From: Felis catus
Lineage: Eukaryota
Direction: 5' to 3'
NCBI RefSeq assembly: GCF_018350175.1
Contig: NC_058368.1
Span: 51,399,815-51,463,814, forward strand
Length of the DNA: 64,000 nucleotides
The first letter of the stretch is position 1, and each line of letters starts with the position of its first letter. Made by a program: the position numbers and the translations under genes. This document shows, piece after piece, positions 27,586-39,977 of the stretch. The notes beneath the pieces are model-generated. The model did no database searches and was not told the DNA's origin. It saw only the letters and a list, made by a program, of their open reading frames with translations.

Positions 27586-30500
27586 AAAGTAAGCTCAATG
27601 CCCAACTGGAGCTTGAACTCACGTCATGACCCCAAGATCAGGAGTCACATGTTGTACTGACTGAGCCAGCCAGGTGCCCACAGCATGCTATACATTTTAA
27701 ATGTTCATCTGCTTTGTACAACAAACACACTTAGGTTTATGTATTTCTTTTGTCTGAAAGCACTCATATATTTTGGCTGGAATATTGTGTTTTATCAATA
27801 CCATATGTATCTCTGTGGAACAGTGCACTATCTACTTTGATCAAAATAATGCACAAATGCCATTGTAACAAGGGATACCAGTATTACAGAAGGACCACTG
27901 GAACATGTGTTAGTGATTGCTACTGAACAACATGAAACTACAAGCAAAATCAACATCTAAATATAAACTGTATCCTTTTGGAAAAACAAATGTTCAGCAA
28001 GCAAGTATAAAAGCACACACACTTCTCAAAATAACTGCAGAGAACTAGGATGAATCTCTCCATTAATTACAATACCAAAATAATATTTCATTTCTATTTG
28101 CACCTGAATCAACAAAACGTAAAATTCTGGTTTTGGAATGCAGTAATGGAGCCCACCCAAATAAGCTGGATTACTCCATATCTTTGCCCAGGAGCTTCAT
28201 ACTAGCATACTTCCTTATTATAAATATGCAAAACACAGGCAGACCCTTACCAAATAGAGAATTCAGTGATCACAAACTGGAAATAGAAACTGGGAGACAA
28301 GGCCCACTGGTAGCCCAAGAGACTTGGTAATCAAAGAGAGGAGAAATCGAAAGAAAGAGTTCCTAGTCCACTGTACAGAATACAAAGAGGCGCAAGAAAG
28401 ATGCTTCCCAAGCTCTAAGCAGTAAGATTTTAAACTAAAAAGCAAAGAAGAAAAACTCATTATAATTTCAGATAAATGCAGGGGTGAGGAGTGAAGTGGC
28501 ACAAGAAGAGTAGCAAAAATTCTCATGATCTGAGGCAATCTGTCACCAGACATGGAGAGTAAATGACATAGGATACAATATAAAAGATATGTCAACATAT
28601 AAAGGCTAACATGATTATTAACAGAAAAAAGTATGTTCTAAGTTCATCAATGCTAGGTTGAAAATAACTTATTTACAAGCTAAACTATAAGACAAGTTGA
28701 AACATGAAGCTCAAGGAATTACCAGATTTATGTCAATTTTAAATATGGTATTCATTACCATCTATAAACCTGACAATTTACTTGTGCTTCTTGATGTGAA
28801 AACTATAGAGTTGCCCCTAGTTAGGGGGAAAACGAAAAAAAGAAAAAAAAAGAGTGCTATTGAAGAAATTGCAGACCAGGTCAAAGAAATGGAAAAATGA
28901 TGATGGGTATCTTCCGGGTATCTTCGGGCTTGAGCGCAAGTCTTCCTGCTGCATGATTTCGAAAAGATTTTCTCTTTATCCTTTCTTTATCCAGAATGTA
29001 ATGTTATAAGACAGCATCTTCAGGAAAATATCAAGCAACATCTGCCAGTTGGGAAGACATACAACACGGGACTGTCCTCCCAAAGTTTGGTTCATTCTTC
29101 ACCTTGAATATGGCACGTACTCATGAAACAAAGAAAGCCACACTTGTACTGTTAAAAGTTGTATTTCATATGTTAAATGATGTAGAGGGATTTAAACTGA
29201 ACAAAAACAACAAGTCAATTCTTATCATATTTTCATCATAAATAAAACAGCTATACATAAGCCATTTTCAAATAATCTTCTCAGTCACAATCTCTGTTAA
29301 TTGATCAGGGTTTCTCAGAAGCAAATCTTTTATATTAGTATCTACCTGTTGGTGTGTGCATGGTGGGGGTGAGTGTTTAAAATTTTTCTTCCAAGACATT
29401 ATCCTAAAATGACACACACAAAGAGCAACAGGGATGCTCGTTACAGTATAACATGGTGAAAAACTAGGAGGAACTTCCATTTGAATGTATTTTGTAACAT
29501 TAAAATGATATTGGAACTATATGCAGAATATTAAGTGAAAGGGATAGGTCCAAAAAAAGCATTAGGCAGCATATGATCTCTTCTTTTTTTTTTTCCACAA
29601 CAATGTCCATCTAAACATAGGAAAAAGATAGGATATTTACCAATATGCTGATAGTGTTTATACATGAGAAGTGGGGTTACAATTAGTTTTTATTTTTTCC
29701 TTATATATACTTATACAATAAATATTATTTTTAATATATGTATATATAAGGGGGTACATGTAATCATTTTAAAATCATTATCATCATCATCATCATCATC
29801 ACCAGAGGCATGGCCCAGGACTTGCAGTGATTTAAAAAAACCTGTAGATATATCTGTAAACAGTGATTTACAAAAGCTCTAACAAGTTATGTTTTCCAAA
29901 GTACTTTATTTGTTGAAACACACATGAAATGTGGCATTTACCTTAACATGGTGTCATGTACACTAATTTGGATATATATATATATATATATATGCATAGC
30001 AACATCTGAATAAATGTTTGATGAAGTTGAAGGAATCTTTAAAAAATTAACAAGCAGCTTGGGAGCAATTATCCTTCCCAATGTATTCTTCGGAAGTAGT
30101 TCTCAATCATTTTCAGATGGTCAAGTGCCTAAAAGTAGTATTGCTGCTCTTCACGAAATTACTGATAGACACATTAAACATTTAAGATTTTAACATAAAC
30201 AAACTTCCTCACTATGCATTAAAGGTATATGCAAATTCAAAGATTTTAAAATGGATATCATGCATTTGCCCAGTGTTCTACAAAATTTAAGATCCACTGC
30301 CCCAGAATTTAGAACGTACAGTGATTTAAGAGATAAATGCGTATGTGCAACTTCAAAACTAAAGCAAAATGAAATGTGTCCAATGTGCCTTACCAGAGTA
30401 TTATTAAAAAGTATAAATGATGGAATTAAAAAAATTCCTGATCCATTCTAAAATCTGTCTCTGAAAACCCTTTCATATGAAGAGGAAAACCCAAAGTGTA

Positions 30501-33500
30501 CTGCTATTAAAGTAAAAATAAAAATTAACAGAGAGTTCTCCATACCAAGTTTTATAAGAGCCAGAGTCATGGTTTTATTAGGAGCAACAAAGTAACCTCA
30601 CCCCCTTATTCAGCAGCTGAATTAGTCTTGGTGGTGAGGGTGAAGGACCAGGCTGCAGATGGGCAGTGATTTGAAAACAAACACTAAAACGATTTATGCT
30701 ACATTTCTGATGTCTGTTTTCCTCACATGCATTAACTTTATACACACTATAACATTTTTGTATGTCAAGATTTTTCTCAACCTATTTATAAGCAAGTACT
30801 ATCCCTTGCTAATCATTGTTTATAGGTCCAAAGGCCCAATATGCACATCTCTTAAAATTTACCTGTAAAGAAAACAAATGACTAGTTGAATAACATACCT
30901 GGTAATATCACAGTACCATCCTGTTCCAGTGTTTCAGGGCTTATTCTTATGGCTGTCATGCTGTGGTTATTCACATCTCTATACAATAAATAACCCTGTA
31001 AACAACAAAATATATTGCTGTGTTATGTGTACAAATATCTTTTCATTAGCTAGTTAGCAGAAACAATAGTCATACAGGTCTGTATAGTTTTCTGAGGTAT
31101 GATAATATGTCAAATTTCATGTCTACAACAGATTAAATATTAAAAATACAAGTATCTGAGGTGTGCTTTAATAAGAGGAGGAATCATATACCACTGAGTA
31201 TCAATTTAACCTATTACATTCTCAGATACATATATGAGATACACCACACAGGCCAGTACAGACATCTTGCTCAAAATTATTTTATCATTTGCCAAGTAAA
31301 TAATAGAAATGACTACTGTTACTTTAAGAAATATTTTAAGGAAATATAGCTGAAATATTTAGGTTAATATTAAGAAATGAATAGAGTAGTGGTTTGAGAT
31401 GGAATGATATGTCACTGAACATACTTCCACGTCCTTATTCTTTATAACATACTATAGTGACAAATAACAATTTGATGTTTTGAACCATGTTAAGTTTTAA
31501 AAGACAATCGCTGAGAAATTAATTTGACATTTAAAATTTAATTTCAAAATCTCCCCAGTAGTTGATCTAGCACAATTATTTTTCATATAACAACAATTTC
31601 TTTAATTTTCAAAATCCTTTCAAATATATCTTATAATCTGATGATGACAACAAGCTCTGAGCTGAGCAAGACAGGTATGCGGGGACATATTTATTCGACA
31701 TCCTTCCACAAGGGAGCTTGTATTTTACCTCTCAGGAAGGGAGAGTATGGAAATAAACACTTCTGGCCCTTTTCCATCCTTCATTCGCTTCTCTTCATGG
31801 GAGGTGAAGAGTGTAGTAGTGTGTCTGATTGCTGACACCCATTTGGCCACATTAGTCAGGTGATGAGATCACAGCATTAAGAAAGCAACATGGGCCTACC
31901 ACTTTTCTCTTTGGGGATACTTTGCATGATCCTCCATACAGGTAACTATGCCCTGGGCAGACCACGCACTGTTCCCTGGAAGGTACTGATCTAGGCTTAA
32001 AGTGGAGGGTCTGGTGGCAAGAAATTCTAATTTGGACTCATGTCATGGATACATTCCCAATTCATATTTACTAATGGTAATGGTGGTCTCCATTCTTATC
32101 TAGAGATTCACAAAATTTGGCTAAATAACAGGGGATCAAATAAGCTAACTGAGTTGTCCAAAGTCACACAGCTAGTAAAGATCACGGTCAGAACTAAAAG
32201 TAAACCTCTCATGAATTCTAAGCCAATGTTCTCTATACTACACTGTATTATTGTTATTAGCCATATTAGTAAAAATATACCATATCTGTTTAAACAGAAG
32301 TCACATTATTTATTGATCAAACAAGTACAAGCCACATGCTCTATAAGAAAGAAAAGTGTGGTTTATTGTGGATATTCTCCTACCTGAGCATACCCTAACC
32401 AAGACTTTTTTTCTTTTCTGTTTCTGATGCGAGATGTAGAATTATATATATGGCCCTGCAAAGTAACAAAAAAGCCCATCAACAGTTGCATAATTAATAA
32501 TCAATGAAAAATAACATAAACAGATGACATTTTATACTTGTGTTTCCATTATGATTACATCAAAATTAAATAGTACTGTAAAAACGAAGCTGAAAACAAA
32601 ACACAATTAGGGATAACTTCTGCTAGAATTAAGAACTGTAAGGAATCACATTACCCTAACTGTTCCACTGTATCCAGAGCCTATTTTGTATAATCCATCC
32701 TTGCATAACAGATAAAGAAAAAATCCATCATTCTGAAGTAGACACTGATCATCTTCATCAACGGATATTTCCTTTAATGGCCACTTGTGCATTAAAGCTG
32801 CTTTCTTAATGCCATTGCTAAACCAGTCCTGAATTTGAATTTTTCCCACCAACACTGCCTGTACACTTCTCTGTAGTGAATTTAGTATCATTGGCACCTA
32901 TTTAAAAGACAAGAAACAAATAAAAAAGCATGTTTAAATGTCCCAAACACAGACAAAATAAAGATACTTCAGTAATATGTCATCATTTATGAGAAAATAA
33001 ATTGCTCAGAATTATCATGGTTTGGCACATCAGTAAAAAGTACTAACTAGAAGTTTATTGTAAGAAGCAAATTTCAAGCAGCCCAAAATAAAAATGTCAA
33101 ATCCAAAGATTATTAACTGACAGTTTGGCTCAAAACACTGAAATACTGCATCTTTCTCCAAAACACTCAATAACCACTACTGCCTATGATTTCAAGTTTT
33201 GTGGACGGAAACATACTAGATTAGCAAAAAGTATGAATACTGGATATAAATAAAATTATACCGTATTAGAATACACATAAGCCAAAATATTTTATATGTT
33301 ATGCATAATTACTAATATGCTTCATGATACGAAGCACAAATTTAAGCATAAGAGAATGGTGTGGCTTCTACAGATGAAACAAAATTTCCAATGTTTCTCT
33401 TCCACTTTGCTTCTCCATTATGACTAATACCCATCAACATCAACAATATTCCATAATATGAAAACTCATTTAATTGTGTATTCATTCAGCACTCATTTAT

Positions 33501-36500
33501 CTAATATTCATCAAAGACCTGCTATAAATACCTGTCACATTAAATGAGTCCTCAACAGTCACCAGCATGGGACCAGCACTCTGCCAGCAGAGGAAATTCT
33601 GTTCCTCACCTTTTGTCCCTCTTTTACCACATCCAACAATACAGCCAAGCCGCACTGTCCAATATAGCAGCCATTAGCCACATGCGACTGACTACTGAGC
33701 TCCTGAAATGTGGTTAGTGCTTTAAATACAAAATACCCACTGGATTTTGAAGACTTAGCATAAAAACAAGAGTACAGAATCTTAATATTATATTGATTAC
33801 ATGTTGAAATTATTTCTTAGATATAGAGCTGAGTGAAATACATCATTAATACATACACATTTAACCACACCTATTTCTTTTTACCTTTTTAATGTGGCTA
33901 ATAAAAAGATTTTAATTACATACATAGACTACATTGTATTTCCACTGGACAGCACTTTGTAGAGGGTAGAGCTTTCATAGGAATAAGTGACCCGCTGTTC
34001 ATACAGTCTCCTCTTCTTCCAGTTCTAAGGCCTCTGACTCAGCCAAGATATGTAATTTATACTATATATACTTATATATATAATAGATTTATGTATATAA
34101 TATATACATAGTTGAATACTATAAATTCTTTCACTAGAAGTAGCTATATTAAACTCATGGCTATTTTATCTAGAATTGATATCCATATTACTATATAATA
34201 TGCCAAAGCTTCCACTGTTAATATTTTTGTTTGTTTCAGATACTTTCTGTTGGTGTCTATTATGAACAATGATGCTCTCCTCCCTCCCCAAATCCTCAAA
34301 ATTGAGCTATATATAATAATTTCTGGTTAAATTAGTATTCAAAGGTCACTTATTATGATTGTGTAATCATGGCTCATGAGCCAAATTGTATATTACATTT
34401 CCTTCCTTGTGTAATTTTTTTTTCATTAAGTCAACAATTGCCCTATTTTTGCATTTGCTAAGTTTTCTCTACACCTTCCCTTAAGGGTTCCCCATACACC
34501 TTTCAAGAAAGTCAAACATCATTTCTACTTCTTCCGCTTGGCAACACCCCTCATAAAACCTTGTTCTGGTCTAAACTAAAGAAGAGGCAGGCGTGGAAGT
34601 TAAAATTGTTCAATATCATGCATGTTCAAAAGCCATCTTCATCGTCCCTCAAACATGACTGCTAGTTGAACTAGGTATGGTGAACATCATTTTCTCTGAG
34701 AACTTTGAAGGCACTGTTATTTTCTATGCCAGTGCTGCTTTGAACCAGTCTAATGCCATTCTGTTTGATATTTGTTCATAATCTGTCTTTGCTCTCTGGA
34801 AACTTTACAGTCTGTTAATTAACAGTGTTCTGATTTACAAAGTTGTATCCTAGTTTGATTCTTTTTTCATAATGAATGTTGGGCACTCAGTGTGTATTCT
34901 GTCAATCTGAAGACGTATATCTTTGAGGCACATGAATTTTCCTTGTAAGATTTCTTGAGTAATTTATTTCCTCTTCTCTGTTTGAATACCTGTGAGGGAT
35001 TGTATTTCCTGGTTAGATCCAATTTTATTTTATGTCACCTATTTTCTTTCTCTTTTTTCTATTTTCTGGAGACTGCTTCAACCTGATTTTCTAACCCTTC
35101 TACTGATTTTATTGCTGTTGTCTTAACTTATAAAATTTTTTCTTGTTCTATGAGCTTAAAAAACAGAATACTGATGTTTAATGTAAACAATATTCTCTTA
35201 TCCTTCATCAAAATATTAATTACAGTCTTCTTAGAGTTTCTTCTGTCTCTATATTCTTTTTATTCAAAGTTTCTTTTATTATCATTATCATTATTGATTT
35301 AGGGAATCTCTGTTTTTCATGTTAGCCTAGTGATACTTGGTTGTATGCTTTTTTTGTTGTATTTTATTTTTTTGTTATCTTTTTTTAATATTTCAAGCTT
35401 TTATTTCAATTTTAGTTAGCTAACATACAGTGTAATATTAGTTTTAGGAGTAGAATTTAGTGAATGATCACTTGCATATAACACCCAGTCCTCATTACAA
35501 GTGCCCTCCTTAATACCAATCACCCATTTAGCCCATCTCCCACCCACCTCCCTCCATCAACCCTCAGTTTGTTCTCTACAGTTAAGAGTTTATTTTATGG
35601 TTTGCCTCCCTCTCTCTCTTTTTTCTTTCCTATGTTCATCTTTCCCTATGTTCATCTGTTTTGTTTCTGAAAATTCCACAGGTGAGTGAAATCATATGGT
35701 ATTTGTCTTTCTGACTTTTTTCACTTAGCATAATACACTCTAGCTCCATCCATGTCATTGCAAATAACAAGACTTCATTCTTTTTCTTTTTTTAAGTTTT
35801 TATTTATTTATTTTGTGAGAGACAGAGACAGCATGAGCTGGGGAGGGGCAGAAAGAGAGGGAGAAATAATGCCAAGCAGGCTTCACACCATCAGCACAGA
35901 GCCCAGTGTAGGGCTCAAACTCAAGAAACTATGAGATCATGACTTGAGTCGAAAACTGAAAGTCGGCGCTCAACTGATTGAGCCACCCAGGTGCCCCAAT
36001 ATTTTATTCTTCTTGATGGCTGAGTAATATTCCATTGTACATATATACCATATCTTCTTTATCCATTCATCAATTGATGGACATTTGGGCTCTTTCCATA
36101 ATTAGGTTATTGTAGATAATACTACTATAAACATTGGGGTGCAGGTGCCCCTCTGAATCAGTATTTTTGTATCCTTTGGATAAATACCCAGCAGTGCATT
36201 TGCTAGATTGCAGGGTGGTTCTATTTTTAACTTTTTGAGGAACCTCCATACTGTCTTCCATAGTGGCTGCACTAGTTTGCATCCCTACCAACAGTTCAAG
36301 AGGGTTCCCCTTTATCCACATCCTCACCAAAACCTATCGTTTCCTCTGTGGTTAATTTTAGCCATTCTGACAGGTGTCAGGTGGTAACTCACTGTAGTTT
36401 TGATTTGTATTTCCCTAACGATGAATGATATTGAGCATCTTTTCATGTCTCTGTTAGCCAATTGTATGTCTTCTTTGGAAAAATGTCTATTCATGTTTTT

Positions 36501-39500
36501 TGCCCATTTCTGAACTGGATTATGTGTTTTTTGGGTGCAAATTCATTCTATGAAGCCAGCATTGCCTTGATTCCAAAGCCATACAAAGACCCCACTAAAA
36601 AGGAGAGTTACAAGCCAATATCCCTGATGAACATGGATACAAAAATTCTCAACAAGATAATAGCAAATCAAATCCAACAAGCTAAAAGTTTAAGTTTGAC
36701 AAAGTACATAATCCATTCCTGATAAAAACAAAGTAGGGATAGAGGGAACATACCTCAACATCATAAAGGTCATATATGAAAGACCCACAGCTAATATCAC
36801 CCTCAAAGGGGGAAAACTGAAAGCTTTTCCTCTAAGGTCAGGAATAAGACAGGGATGCCCACTCTCACCATTGTTATATAACATTGTACTAGAAGTCCTA
36901 GCTTTAGCAATCAGACAACAAAAAGAAACAAAAGTCATCCAAATCGGCAAGGAAGAAGTCAAACTTTCACTATTCGCAGATGACATGATACTCTATGTAG
37001 AAAATCTGGAAGACTCCACCAAAAAATTGCTAGACAGATATATGAATTCAGCAAAGTCACAGAATACAAAATCAATGTACAGAAACCTGGTGCATTTCTA
37101 TATACCAATAATGAAGCAGCAGAAAGAAAAATCAAGGAAATCGATCTCATTTATAATTGCACCAAAAACCATAAGATACCTAGGAATAACCTAACCAAAG
37201 AGGTAAAAGATCTGTATTCTGAAAACTACAAAACATTTATGAAAGAAATTGAAGATGACACATAGAAATGGAAAAACATTCCATGCTTATGGATTAGAAC
37301 GCAAATACTGTTAAAATGTCTATGTTACCCAAGGCAATCTACACATTTACTGTAATCCCTATTAAAATACTACCAGCATTCTTCATGGAGCTTGAACATG
37401 GAATCCTAAAATTTATATGGAACCACAAAAGTCTCCAAATAGCCAAAGCAATCTTGAAAAAGGAAAGTAAAGCTGGAGGCATCACAATTCTGGACTTCAA
37501 GCTATATTACAAAGCTGTAGTCATCAAGACAGTATGGTATAGCACAAAAACAGACACAGAACAGAGTAGAAAACCCAGAAATGGACCCACAGCTATATGG
37601 TCAAGTAATATTCAACAAAGCAGGAAAGAATATCCAATGGAATAAAGACAATCTCTTCAACAAGTGGTGTTGGGAAAACTGGACAGCAACATGCAGAAGA
37701 ATGAAACTGGACCATTTCTTACACCATACACAAAAATAAATTAAAAATGGATGAAAGACCTAAATGTGAGACAGAAAGCCATCAAACTCCTAGAGAAAAA
37801 CACAGACAGCAATCTCTTTGACCTCAACCATAGCAACTTCCTACTAGACACATCTCCATCAAGGGAAACAAAAGCAAACATGAACTATTGGGACTTCATC
37901 AAGATAAAAAGCTTCTGCACAGCAAAGGAAACAATCAACAAAACTAAAAGGCAACCTCCAGAATGGGAGAAGATATCTGCAAATGACATATTGGATAAGG
38001 GGTTAATATCTAAAATCTATAAAGAACTTACCAAACTCAACATCCAAAAACCAAATAATCTGGTTGTACACTTATTTTTAAGAGTCAACTACTAAAAATC
38101 TGGTAGGAAGCTCGGTGTGAATGGACAGGGTATTGGAGGACCCCTCAAATATCTGCATCTGTGGGTCTTTTCTCATTCCTTCTCCAAAGAAGAATCTGCC
38201 AGTCTTTTTCCTAGAAGCTGTAAGTCGCCTCATGGCCAGTGTTCTGGAAACTCAGTGAGGATAAGGAAATTTCATCATTAATACAAACACTTTCACTTAA
38301 TCTCCAATTTCAGCCTAGTTCCTAATTCCACTTGCAACTGTGTCTGCTTTCCCCTGGCTTCTCCGACTCAATTTCTTTAGACAGTAAACGTGTCTCTTTG
38401 GTGTATGACAGAAGGACAGTTGCTTGGCTGGGAAGGGCAAAGCAAGGGCCCTGGGGTTCTCTACCTTTCATAATACAGATTTCCAATCAATTTTTAGCTC
38501 TTGCCCTGACCACCACTTTCCAAGTACCTATTACATCCAACTCCAAATCTTATCTGGAGTTTTAAGTGAAAATCAACTTACTTTCTATGGGCATTTATTT
38601 GCCTCTTAAGGAACTTAAATTCAAGCTTTCTCCAACTTCTCTCTACCAAAAATGTGTCCCATTCTTAAAAGTGTATATTAAAAAAAATTCCTTTATTATA
38701 ACCTAAGTTGAAACTAGGGAAGGAGCAAAACCTTAACATGTTTCTTCAACATAACTCTATTTCTTTCATGCTTTCTAAAAGGGTACTAAAGGGGCACCTG
38801 GGTGGCGCAGTCGGTTAAGCGTCCGACTTCAGCCAGGTCACGATCTCGCGGTCCGTGACATATTTTCTCTGTCTCTCTGTGTTGCATTCTGAATAATTTT
38901 TTTCCCTTTTTATACCCAATGGTTAACTCAGCCTTTAAATTTCAGATTGTAGTTATTTGTTTTTTTTATTTCCGGGAGTTGAATTTGGTTCATTTTCTGA
39001 TATGATTACTTTTTACATTTACATTCTTATTCCTTAATTGTACTTGTGATACCTTCTTTTATTAATTTAAACATTATACATACACACACACGTTTTATGG
39101 TCTATATCAAATAATTTCAATATATATAGACTAGGCAGGACTGATTCTGCCATATTTGTTTCTACTAACTCTCAATAACGGTGCCTTTTTCTATGTTGTT
39201 TTTGTTTGTAAGCTCAGATGTGCCTTTAAAGCCTGGAGTTCATTCCTCCAAAAAAAGATTTTGGGGCACCTGGGTGGCGCAGTCGGTTAAGCGTCTGACT
39301 TCAGCCAGGTCACGATCTCGCGGTCCGTGAGTTCGAGCCCCGCGTCGGGCTCTGGGCTGATGGCTCGGAGCCTGGAGCCTGTTTCCAATTCTGTGTCTCC
39401 CTCTCTCTCTGCCCCTCCCCCGTTCATGCTCTGTCTCTCTCTGTCCCAAAAATAAATAAAAACGCTGAAAAAAAAATCAAAAAAAGATTTTAAGTCTCCT

Positions 39501-39922
39501 TCAATATGGTAGTTCATGGTACTATCATCCCTACCCTACTTTAAAATCTCAGCTTAATATCTTTGGAAAAAGACAGCTAATATGCATTTGAATCCCAAAA
39601 CAATTTGAGATGTTAGAGTTACACATTCTCCGGGAAGAGTTTTCTCCCTCCACCCATAGCCTGGCCAAGAGAATTTTGTGAACTGAAGTTAGTAGGTGGA
39701 ATGAGGCCAAGTCATGAAGAACACCGTATAAGATAGGGGTGCCTGGGTGGCTCAGTGGGTGAAACGTCCAACTCTGGCTCAGGTCATGATCTCATGGCTT
39801 GTGGGTTCAATCCCTGCATCAGGCTCTGGGCTGACAGCTCAGAGCCTGCAGCCTGCTTCAGATTCCGTATTTCCCTCTCTCTGCCCTACCCGGCTTGTTC
39901 TGTCTCCCTCCCTCCCTCTCCC

Positions 39923-39977
<55 letters not shown>

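Noticed and set aside
36462..38095. RT/ORF2-like ORFs
   Set aside because: Decayed L1 inversion segment with stops and frameshifts.
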